From Candidatus Poribacteria bacterium (GTDB taxonomy: Bacteria; Poribacteria; WGA-4E; WGA-3G), in NCBI GenBank assembly GCA_963663765.2, contig CAXXUA010000004.1, positions 672,001 to 736,000 of the forward strand: a DNA stretch of 64,000 bases, read 5' to 3'. Under the pieces are notes generated by a model, which was not told the origin of the DNA, did not search any database, and saw only the letters and a list, made by a program, of their open reading frames with translations. Shown here one piece after another: positions 31,117 through 41,095 of the stretch (positions are counted from its first letter, which is position 1; every line of letters starts with the position of its first letter). The position numbers were made by a program, and so were the translations under genes.

Positions 31117-34100
31117 CTTCTAATCGAACCAATTTGGAATAGAAACTTTTCATACTTTACGCAGACGGATAAGATTGGCAGAACTTCTAATCGAACCAAT
31201 TTGGAATAGAAACTGCAGTAACTGACAATGACCTTGACCCATATTTGAGCACTTCTAATCGAACCAATTTGGAATAGAAACCCAGTAGCTCCTCCCTGTA
31301 TAGCCTCGTTCAATCCTACTTCTAATCGAACCAATTTGGAATAGAAACCAGACAGTTCATAAGCAATACTATGCCGATCCAGACTTCTTCTAATCGAACC
31401 AATTTGGAATAGAAACCACACACCATTTATTCCTATTTGGAGCAGAGGTACAACTTCTAATCGAACCAATTTGGAATAGAAACTTTGAATTCATATAATA
31501 CTCCTTGTGTTGACTAACACACTTCTAATCGAACCAATTTGGAATAGAAACCGAGCTGCTGCTGTCCATGCACCTGTGCCTAACGACTTCTAATCGAACC
31601 AATTTGGAATAGAAACTTATCAGTATAGCAGAATTGTATAAACTTATCAATAACTTCTAATCGAACCAATTTGGAATAGAAACATGTCACGTTTTTCTGC
31701 TGCAGAGAATGCCCCTTTACTTCTAATCGAACCAATTTGGAATAGAAACAATGCTGCGTTGGCAGATAAGGTTATGCAGCGTATTCTTCTAATCGAACCA
31801 ATTTGGAATAGAAACGACCGCTCAGATTTCTTGCATTGTACGGTTGTATTTCACTTCTAATCGAACCAATTTGGAATAGAAACATATAGAAAATGATTTC
31901 CGCATTCACAAGGTAGTTGACTTCTAATCGAACCAATTTGGAATAGAAACTTTGCAAATATTAGCTGAACGCACAAAAAATCGTAGACTTCTAATCGAAC
32001 CAATTTGGAATAGAAACTGACAAGCAACTCAATACCTTGTTTAGTTAGGTGAGACTTCTAATCGAACCAATTTGGAATAGAAACGCTTCGGTTGGTTGGT
32101 TGGTTACTTCGGTTTTTCTACTTCTAATCGAACCAATTTGGAATAGAAACATCTTTGTACTGGGCGAAGTCTCAATTGGTGATTTCTTCTAATCGAACCA
32201 ATTTGGAATAGAAACTGAAACGAAGTTTCTGGGTCATCATCATACCATTTTCTTCTAATCGAACCAATTTGGAATAGAAACAACACGCCTCGCCTCTTTG
32301 TCATTGTCTTTAAAGACTTCTAATCGAACCAATTTGGAATAGAAACTACGATATAAGAATGATGAACACCATGATTGAAACCTTCTAATCGAACCAATTT
32401 GGAATAGAAACCCCTCATTATTCCAATTGTCAATTATGTCATTCACACTTCTAATCGAACCAATTTGGAATAGAAACGATGTTTATGATCCTATCAGTGG
32501 TTTTGGCAGTATAGCTTCTAATCGAACCAATTTGGAATAGAAACTCTCATTTGACCATGCTTTTTGTGAATGTTCATTACCTTCTAATCGAACCAATTTG
32601 GAATAGAAACAATAATGCTCGTAATGTAATAACTTCGGGAATAGAAGTCTTCTAATCGAACCAATTTGGAATAGAAACGTCAACGCCATCGGCTCTTTTC
32701 TATCTGCTAACGCCGCCTTCTAATCGAACCAATTTGGAATAGAAACGTTGCTTTTGCGATTTCTTTTTCTATACCTTTCACTTCTAATCGAACCAATTTG
32801 GAATAGAAACACTTTCCGACGACGGATAACCCGTCCACCCACAATTCTTCTAATCGAACCAATTTGGAATAGAAACTCCGTTTCTCATCATCTTCTAAAG
32901 ATGTGTTACAAGCCCAACTTCTAATCGAACCAATTTGGAATAGAAACTTCTCCATATCTGAGCAGTATAGGATTAGGTGATTTACTTCTAATCGAACCAA
33001 TTTGGAATAGAAACAAAACCAAATTCTTCCAGTTCATCCAATGTTTCAGCCTTCTAATCGAACCAATTTGGAATAGAAACCTTGACGACATTTTGAAGTA
33101 TTTAGGTATCAATAAACTTCTAATCGAACCAATTTGGAATAGAAACGCGTTTTCTTGCGTTCAATTGATATATATGGGTGGGGCTTCTAATCGAACCAAT
33201 TTGGAATAGAAACTTTGGAATGGTTTTTTATATAATTTTACTGTCACGCACTTCTAATCGAACCAATTTGGAATAGAAACTTCATTTTCAGGGAGTATAT
33301 GAATGATTTTGTCTACTTCTAATCGAACCAATTTGGAATAGAAACTTCATAAGTTGTTTCAAAAGAAAACTGATATTTTTCACCTTCTAATCGAACCAAT
33401 TTGGAATAGAAACTTTCCTGCTCTTGTATAGGAGTAGAAATCACTTTGACTTCTAATCGAACCAATTTGGAATAGAAACATTTCAAACGCTTTTTTAAGG
33501 TTCATCTGTATTCTCCCTTCTAATCGAACCAATTTGGAATAGAAACAAGTTAAAGTGACGTGTGAATCCGAAGGACTGGATGCCTTATAATCGAACCAAT
33601 TTGGAATAGAAACTTTTGACTTTATCGTTTGTTGAAGTCAAATGTTTTTACTTCTAATCGAACCAATTTGGAATAGAAACTGAAGAACATACTGAAACTG
33701 AAAAAGAACTTGCACCCCTTCTAATCGAACCAATTTGGAATAGAAACAGTGCAGGTGCAGGTGGGAGTTGTATACCCATTGACTTCTAATCGAACCAATT
33801 TGGAATAGAAACGATCCGCCAGTGCAACCCGATGAACCTGAGCAGCCCAGCTTCTAATCGAACCAATTTGGAATAGAAACAGAATATGAGCCGTCTGGGA
33901 AAGCTGCGAGCGAACTTCTAATCGAACCAATTTGGAATAGAAAATCCAGTATATTCATTGTATATGAGTTAATCGCAAAAGCTTCTAATCGAACCAATTT
34001 GGAATAGAAACGTTCCTAAACTTGTCCATCGCAATTCTGATGTTAGACTTCTAATCGAACCAATTTGGAATAGAAACTGCTATAGCCAAACGTTTCAAAC

Positions 34101-36403
34101 TTGCTGAATGACACACTTCTAATCGAACCAATTTGGAATAGAAACCAACTTATGAATGTCTGTTGTGTTTACACCTGGTTCACTTCTAATCGAACCAATT
34201 TGGAATAGAAACTTTCCTGTCAAACCTTTTTTCAATAAAATTGTTTGGACTTCTAATCGAACCAATTTGGAATAGAAACCAGCAATAAACGCATCACAAA
34301 GAATTGAAAAAAAATGGTACTTCTAATCGAACCAATTTGGAATAGAAACTCACACCAGACACCACGACAGATACTTTATCCAGAACTTCTAATCGAACCA
34401 ATTTGGAATAGAAACATCCCTACGTGCGAATGGCGTGTATTGCCGTCTGTGCCTTCTAATCGAACCAATTTGGAATAGAAACATAACAATAAATGTTGAA
34501 TCAAAATCTTTGTTAGTTTTGACTTCTAATCGAACCAATTTGGAATAGAAACCAGTATGCTGCCGTTAATATCAACATAGATATGGACGCTTCTAATCGA
34601 ACCAATTTGGAATAGAAACGCGCGCGGTGGGCTACACGAATGGGTCTTGATGAACTTCTAATCGAACCAATTTGGAATAGAAACTCCTGATAAATGACCA
34701 AAGCCCCCCAATACGTCTCACTTCTAATCGAACCAATTTGGAATAGAAACATATTGATATATCTGACTTTGTTGCAAGCGACATCACCTTCTAATCGAAC
34801 CAATTTGGAATAGAAACTTTTTCATGGATGATCCTATGTCTACAGTTCCGTCTTCTAATCGAACCAATTTGGAATAGAAACCTCGCATCAAAACATTGTG
34901 TTTGTCTGTAATCTTGCCTTCTAATCGAACCAATTTGGAATAGAAACGGCGGTCGGCTATCATCAGTGCCGAGTGATTCCATACTTCTAATCGAACCAAT
35001 TTGGAATAGAAACTGAAAAATACAAACCGTTATTCATCGTTAACTCCTTTCTTCTAATCGAACCAATTTGGAATAGAAACACTTGACGTTGACTTCAGAT
35101 AACGACACTGCACCATCTTCTAATCGAACCAATTTGGAATAGAAACTTCTTTAAGTATAATACTATTCCTATGAACTTATATAACCTTCTAATCGAACCA
35201 ATTTGGAATAGAAACCAAGAAGAAACCCCCAATGATGAATGAATAAACCCCGCTTCTAATCGAACCAATTTGGAATAGAAACCCCCTTGAAGTTAGCAAC
35301 CACCTTGCAGTTGCACTCTTCTAATCGAACCAATTTGGAATAGAAACAAGACAACGGACTCTTCTTGACTAATAGAAATTATCTTCTAATCGAACCAATT
35401 TGGAATAGAAACCAGTATAAATCAAGTGCTTTTAATTTATCCATAATTCTTCTAATCGAACCAATTTGGAATAGAAACTTATATAATAGAAATTTGCTGG
35501 GATTTTACGACCTTCTAATCGAACCAATTTGGAATAGAAACATTGATAGTTCGAACTCCTGCATTACCTCCGTCTTCCTTCTAATCGAACCAATTTGGAA
35601 TAGAAACGTGCATTCCCAACTAACGCATTCAAATGTACATCCCTTCTAATCGAACCAATTTGGAATAGAAACTCTTTAGTCTGCCGTCAATCTTCAATTG
35701 TGCTTGCCGCTTCTAATCGAACCAATTTGGAATAGAAACTTTTCTGCATCAAATTCGTAGTAGTTATCACCGTCAAACTTCTAATCGAACCAATTTGGAA
35801 TAGAAACTATCTCCTCGCCTATTTCAATGACGCGAAGAGTCTCCTTCTAATCGAACCAATTTGGAATAGAAACCTCGCATCAACGACTGGTTCGCCATCG
35901 TCATCCGTCCTTCTAATAGAACCAATTTGGAATAGAAACACATTTCACAGCATGTGCATTTTCTGTAGTGTTTTTCTTCTAATCGAACCAATTTGGAATA
36001 GAAACGATAGAAATTATTAGATTTAAAGGTGAAAAAGACAAACTTCTAATCGAACCAATTTGGAATAGAAACATGTTAGATTACTTGACATATAATGTGG
36101 AGAGTAAACCTTCTAATCGAACCAATTTGGAATAGAAACATTCCCAACAGGTTGTAATATCTGTAGTGTCGTCCATCTTCTAATCGAACCAATTTGGAAT
36201 AGAAACCATGAACTTTCATTTCATCTGACGCAGGTTGAAAGCTTCTAATCGAACCAATTTGGAATAGAAACGCAGGAAGCACACAAGTTCAGAGCAATTT
36301 TTGAAGACTTCTAATCGAACCAATTTGGAATAGAAACTGATACATTACAAGGGAGGGGCAAAATAAATGCAACCTTCTAATCGAACCAATTTGGAATAAA
36401 ATA
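31117..36403 (+). CRISPR. CRISPR array, 30-bp repeat CTTCTAATCGAACCAATTTGGAATAGAAAC, 80 repeats / 79 spacers (manual count), type I-B-like repeat
   Basis: Near-identical repeats with spacers of about 33-41 bp. GAAAC 3' end. Degenerate last repeat (...GGAATAAAATA). Point variants at repeats 38, 43 and 73. Confidence 0.99.
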
Positions 36404-36513
36404 CGCTTGTTTTATAGAAAAAATAGATTTTGATAAGTCCATTTATCAAAGGATATTATTTAATTTCAACTCCTTGAACCAGCATTGGATAATTATATTG
36501 TAAAGGAGAAAAT

Positions 36514-38223
36514 ATGAGTATAAAAGCAGATAGAGAAAGATTGTTACATCACAAAAACCTTGAAGTTTTGCGGCAGCGTCCAAGACCATCTGAAATGTTG
36601 CCTGTGTATCTCTCAAATAAAAAGGAATATTTATATTCTCATTCTATTCGGTGTGCATTGGTGCCGTTTGATCAGATTGACAAAGTGCTCTCTCGTTCAG
36701 ACAGGAATTGTGAAGATTGCAAAGGCATGCCTGAAGGTGTAGTATACAACGATGGTAATAAAGAGAAACGCGAATATCTTCGCTATGGAACGGACACTGG
36801 TATTGAACCTCTGATTATTGAACGCAAATTCTATAAAATATATCCTAATTATAGAGAAATATCAGAGGAGTTTCGACACTTTCATAACTTGTATCAGAAT
36901 ACAAAAATAGATCCATCTGAATATATTATACTTGAGGACGATGGAAATGAACATATCGTTGCTATTGTTGAAACTAACTTGATTCGTATAAGGCTCAAGG
37001 AAATCCTACAATTTGCGGCAATCAAAGAAATGTATTTAGCAATTTATTTTGATTATTGCGAATACTCAAACTATTCGGAGGAAGAACTTCAACTTGATAT
37101 AAATGATGGATCAGAAAGGTTTATGCGAGATGATCTTATGTGTTGGGAGCAATACTATACGGGTCCTATCCGTAGTTCATCTGGTACCTATCTGTCAGTT
37201 AGACGATTGATAGGAAAACAACTCTTCAAACCTCTGCCGAAGTCTAAAAGTGGTTTCTGGCCTTTCGCTGAGGAGTCTGAAGATAAATACGCCAAATTCA
37301 TCATTGGTGTTGATGAAAATGGGGATAACATTACTTATACATCTAACCCCGATGAACTGAAAACACCAGCAGATCCTGAGAATGTTCGTGGTGTAGATTC
37401 GGATGCTCCTTGTTATCTTACTCCGGTTCATTTTCGCAAGCAGGTTTTGGACAAATATTACCAAGAAAGTAGTAAATATGATGTAAGAGAATTAACACTT
37501 CACTGTGGCGGACTGTGGTGCATGTTTATTGATAACAATCATGTGGACAGAGTCTGTGCATGGCTAGGTGATCTTGGTAGAGACATGCCTTATAGCGAGC
37601 AGCAACACTGGTTAGTACATAATATTCAACCTAAGGGCGGTGTAAGTCCAAATTTTTTTCAACAACAACTTATGGCACAGTTCACGAATTCAAAGCAGCC
37701 AGAGCACATGTTCAGGCAGCAATATCATAATTTGCAGAAAGCATGTGAAAAACACCTCGGTTGGCAGTTGTTGTTGCCATTAAGTGAAGGAGATGAACAT
37801 CACTTTGGACGCTTGCGGACTTCACCTAGTAATGAGCAACATGTTTTTGATGAATTGGTTTTAAGTCTGACAAAAATATTAATTGATTCGCTCAATGAGA
37901 AAGCACTAAACAAGTTAATTCCTGATTCAGACCGGAAGGAAAATACAAAAGGGATTACTCGTCTTGAATATGTTTTAAAAACATGTGACGTTGGTGATGA
38001 AGATTACATTTTCTTTCTGCGCAAACTACAGAATCTCCGATCCAGTGGGAGTGCCCATCGCAAAGGTAAGAAATATAGAAAAGCATTGCAGGATTTTGAC
38101 ATTGAACACCAGAGTTTACAAATGGTGTTTCGTAAGATTCTTATACAGTCTGTAGATCTTCTTGACTATTTTATTGGTGTTGTGCATGGTGGAAAACTGA
38201 GAACAGAGTTGAAAGAGGAATAA
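36514..38223 (+). CDS. Hypothetical protein with C-terminal HEPN-like motif
   Basis: Strong RBS. Helical C-terminus with LQNLRSSGSAHRKG (R-x5-H). Confidence 0.65.
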   Translation: MSIKADRERLLHHKNLEVLRQRPRPSEMLPVYLSNKKEYLYSHSIRCALVPFDQIDKVLSRSDRNCEDCKGMPEGVVYNDGNKEKREYLRYGTDTGIEPLIIERKFYKIYPNYREISEEFRHFHNLYQNTKIDPSEYIILEDDGNEHIVAIVETNLIRIRLKEILQFAAIKEMYLAIYFDYCEYSNYSEEELQLDINDGSERFMRDDLMCWEQYYTGPIRSSSGTYLSVRRLIGKQLFKPLPKSKSGFWPFAEESEDKYAKFIIGVDENGDNITYTSNPDELKTPADPENVRGVDSDAPCYLTPVHFRKQVLDKYYQESSKYDVRELTLHCGGLWCMFIDNNHVDRVCAWLGDLGRDMPYSEQQHWLVHNIQPKGGVSPNFFQQQLMAQFTNSKQPEHMFRQQYHNLQKACEKHLGWQLLLPLSEGDEHHFGRLRTSPSNEQHVFDELVLSLTKILIDSLNEKALNKLIPDSDRKENTKGITRLEYVLKTCDVGDEDYIFFLRKLQNLRSSGSAHRKGKKYRKALQDFDIEHQSLQMVFRKILIQSVDLLDYFIGVVHGGKLRTELKEE

Positions 38224-38367
38224 TTCAGTTTATCAAAAACTAAACACACCTGGAAAACAATATAACATCAACCCATTTGTCAACAACAAATATACATTAT
38301 TATCGTGCCATATCAATTTCCTTGGTCATATTAAAAACATTGAATTCCTTAAAAGTATCCAAAAAGT

Positions 38368-38500
38368 TTGACATTCCATTTAAAATACTATATATTATAT
38401 ATACTTGTGAGGCAGGGGTTCCATCTCGGCACATTCCCGTGCCGAGTCCTGTCTATACCCGTGGAACGGTAGCAAGCAAGACACAAGGGAACCAATATAA
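38368..38500 (+). promoter_or_regulatory. Promoter plus structured 5' leader
   Basis: TTGACA then TATATT/TATTAT. Hairpin CTCGGCAC/GTGCCGAG, closing CTTGTG/CACAAG, alternative GGTTCC/GGAACC pairing. Confidence 0.45.
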
Positions 38501-38542
38501 CATTTTATACAACATCACCATTTTTCGCAGAAGGTAACTTAT

Positions 38543-39358
38543 ATGACCCTTATCGTATCCATCATATCTGCAGATGGCATCGTCATTGGCGGAGACAGTC
38601 TCGCTTCGCTGCTTGGGCAGGTTAACGTGAGTCAGTCAAACGAAATCACATGTCCGAAATGTGAACACACACATGTGTTCCAATCCAATTTTCGGGGAAA
38701 TGTAAGAAAATCCACTTACTCTTATACGGAAAAGGTTTTTCCTTTTTTGGAAAAGTTTGGAATTGGTGTCTTTGGGGCTGGGCTTATCGGAAACTTTTCT
38801 GTGAACTTTTTAGTCCGTTTTTTTGAAGAATATCTTAAAGAACGCATAGCTAAAGAACGTATATTCATAAATGGTGTGTCCGACCTTGCCAGAGAACTCG
38901 GTGTAAACCAACATAGTTTGTTAGTCAAAGAAATTGAAAGACAGGGACAATCACTCGATAATTTTCCTGATAATCATCTCTTTGTAGGTTTCCAAGTTGT
39001 AGGATATGATCTAAAACAACCTAAAATCATTGAGGTTTTGTTGGGAAAAGAAGTAAAGTTGAATGTCTTTGAGGGTTTAGCTTGTTATGCTTCAGGGAAT
39101 ACAAAAATCGTTGAAATGATACGAGAACATTACAAAAAAGAGATCGGAACTGAGCCTTTATACAAAGTATTTTCGCTGCAGGAGGCAATTGATTACGTTG
39201 AATTCTTGATACGAACAACGATTGATTATCAAAGATTTTCCCCAGAAATTCCAAATGTAGGGGGTAGTATTGATATTGCACTCGTGACACCCTTTGATAA
39301 TTTTCGATGGATTCGTCAAAAACCACTTGGTCAACTTATACAAGGAGACACATCATGA
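38543..39358 (+). CDS. Proteasome beta-subunit-like Ntn hydrolase with CxxCxH insertion
   Basis: M-T start, TLIVSIISADGIVIGGDS, EKVF, ASG, NVGGSIDIALVT. Confidence 0.75.
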   Translation: MTLIVSIISADGIVIGGDSLASLLGQVNVSQSNEITCPKCEHTHVFQSNFRGNVRKSTYSYTEKVFPFLEKFGIGVFGAGLIGNFSVNFLVRFFEEYLKERIAKERIFINGVSDLARELGVNQHSLLVKEIERQGQSLDNFPDNHLFVGFQVVGYDLKQPKIIEVLLGKEVKLNVFEGLACYASGNTKIVEMIREHYKKEIGTEPLYKVFSLQEAIDYVEFLIRTTIDYQRFSPEIPNVGGSIDIALVTPFDNFRWIRQKPLGQLIQGDTS

Positions 39359-39804
39359 AAAAGCAATTGACCCCTATGACATACACTTTCAGTCCATTGC
39401 CTGAAACGCCATTAAGTCACACGACTATAAGTGTAGCTGTCATGACCCCATTTATTGAAGATCAACACACCGAAAAAGATGTGTCAGTGCCAAAGATAAA
39501 GAAATCGCGCATACAGCTTATTGAAATAGAAGATACCGCGTTTCACGAAAAACACACCGCCTATGTAACCCAAAAAGCATCCAAATGGATTGGTTGGATC
39601 CCTGAGTTTCCTGAGTTCCGATATGAGGAAAAAACCAAAACGGCATTGATCCAAACACTCAAAGAAAAACTTCATGAAACCTTAAAGGCACGCGATAAAG
39701 CATGGGATAAGCAAATAGAAGAAGATATAAAAGCAGGGAAACTTGATCATCTTCGAGAAAAAGCTCTTGAGGATATTGATGCAGGAAACTTCACGTATCT
39801 ATAA
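39355..39804 (+). CDS. Antitoxin: N-terminal extension, HicB-like segment and WDKQIEEDIKAGKLD helix
   Basis: ATGA overlap with the upstream gene. WIGWIPEFP segment. C-terminal motif typical of antitoxins that precede ParE-like toxins. Confidence 0.7.
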   Translation: MKKQLTPMTYTFSPLPETPLSHTTISVAVMTPFIEDQHTEKDVSVPKIKKSRIQLIEIEDTAFHEKHTAYVTQKASKWIGWIPEFPEFRYEEKTKTALIQTLKEKLHETLKARDKAWDKQIEEDIKAGKLDHLREKALEDIDAGNFTYL

Positions 39805-40051
39805 AACTACCCCAGAGTTTTGGGATTGCTTTAATAACCTTCCGGTTGCTGTTCAAAAACGTGCCAAGAGGAAATTTGAACTGTTCAAGCAGAATCCGAG
39901 ACACCCTTCTCTTGAGTTTGAGAAACTACCTATTGGGTACTGGAGAGTAAAAGTAGGTGATGGTTACAGAGCCTTGGCATTTGAAGATGAGGACGGTCTG
40001 TGTTGGTTTTGGATAGGAGACCACAAAACGTATGAGAGATTAATTCGATAA
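39779..40051 (+). CDS. RelE/ParE-like toxin
   Basis: TTPEFW...LP..VQ...NPRHPSL.F...YRALA...WFWIGDH..Y. Overlaps the antitoxin 3' end. Confidence 0.85.
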   Translation: MQETSRIYKTTPEFWDCFNNLPVAVQKRAKRKFELFKQNPRHPSLEFEKLPIGYWRVKVGDGYRALAFEDEDGLCWFWIGDHKTYERLIR

Positions 40052-40089
40052 CAACCTAAAATTAATTCGGTAACAACCCAAAATAAGGG

Positions 40090-40118
40090 AGCAGGTATAA
40101 AAACCGATTCCCTTTTTC
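40090..40118 (+). terminator. Probable intrinsic terminator after the toxin gene (coordinates approximate)
   Basis: Imperfect stem AAGGGAG...TTCCCTT followed by a T-run. Preceded by a 22-bp tandem repeat at 40040-40083. Confidence 0.4.
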
Positions 40119-40241
40119 TAATTAGCTAATTCCACTCAACAATGCACACAAAACAATGCAACAATTCGCAAATGTTGCGGTTCTACCCATTATGTGCTAA
40201 ACTGCTTACAGAACACATTACTATCATTCAGGAAGACAAGC

Positions 40242-40817
40242 ATGGCATCTGTTGCAGCCGAAAAATACATTACACCAGAGGAATACATCACTGCAGAACG
40301 CAGGGCAGAATATAAAAGCGAATACATCTACGGTGAGATATTCGCAATGTCCGGGGCAAGTAACGCACATAACATCATCACAGTAGAAATTACCACTGAA
40401 CTGAACCTCCAATTAAGACGACGTAGTTGCTTCATTTACAGCGGTAATATGCGCGTTAAAACGAAGCCGACAGGTTCTTATTTCTATCCAGATGTCGTTG
40501 TTGTGTGCGATAAACCCCGTTTTGAAGATAATGTTTTTGACGCCCTCCTGAATCCCATCCTTATCGTAGAAGTGCTGTCGCCATCAAACCAGGCTTTTGA
40601 CCGAGGCGAAAAGTTCGCACATTATCAGGAACTTGTGTCCTTACAAGAATATCTCCTTGTATCACAAGACAGGATGCATGTTGAACACCATCATCTGATA
40701 GAAATGCAGTGGGTAGGAAAGACATTTGAAGCACCAGAAGATGTCCTGAAGTTCAATTCCATTGAATGCGAATTGCCACTTCAGGATATATATACCCGTG
40801 TTTCGTTTTCGGATTGA
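40242..40817 (+). CDS. Uma2 family endonuclease
   Basis: EY..GEIFAMSGAS..HN, YPDVVVVC, VEVLSPS, DRGEKF..Y, EYLLVSQ. Confidence 0.9.
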   Translation: MASVAAEKYITPEEYITAERRAEYKSEYIYGEIFAMSGASNAHNIITVEITTELNLQLRRRSCFIYSGNMRVKTKPTGSYFYPDVVVVCDKPRFEDNVFDALLNPILIVEVLSPSNQAFDRGEKFAHYQELVSLQEYLLVSQDRMHVEHHHLIEMQWVGKTFEAPEDVLKFNSIECELPLQDIYTRVSFSD

Positions 40818-40859
40818 CAATCGGAACGCCAATTCCAACCGAAACAATAACACAATAAA

Positions 40860-41028
40860 ATGCAAACATTAGTTCACATCAACCAAACCACCGATCTACA
40901 ATTCACAGATGACGACAAACTCCGAATTGGTGGTAGTGGCAAATGCATTTGGAGAAGCAGAGCCGGATGTCAATGGTGATGGTGTTGTAAATATTCTGGA
41001 TTTAGTGATTGTTGCAAATGCGTTTTGA
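40860..41028 (+). pseudogene. Chimeric scar: recombinase N-terminus fused to a dockerin C-terminus
   Basis: MQTLVHINQTTDLQFTDDDKLRIG (cf. 45047) joins LVVVANAFGEAEPDVNGDGVVNILDLVIVANAF*. Confidence 0.75.
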
Positions 41029-41095
41029 AAGAAAAATAACTATCTACATTTATCAAACACTATCCATTTTAAACTAAAACGAAGGAAACGGATTT

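Noticed and set aside
31951-31987. Spacer 13 shares GCTGAACGCAC with the antidote gene (~2730); spacer 69 shares CTGCCGTCAA with the leader
   Set aside because: Only 10-11 bp matches, expected by chance. No full self-targeting was seen by eye, though the search was not exhaustive.
30927-36282. Many short ORFs with FLFQIGSIR / FYSKLVRLE / LLIEPIWNRN motifs
   Set aside because: They are translations of the CRISPR repeat, not proteins.
36514-38223. Possible class 2 effector (Cas13/Cas12) beside the array
   Set aside because: Only one HEPN-like motif and no RuvC motifs recognised. The repeat, leader and cas2 remnant point to a class 1 locus.
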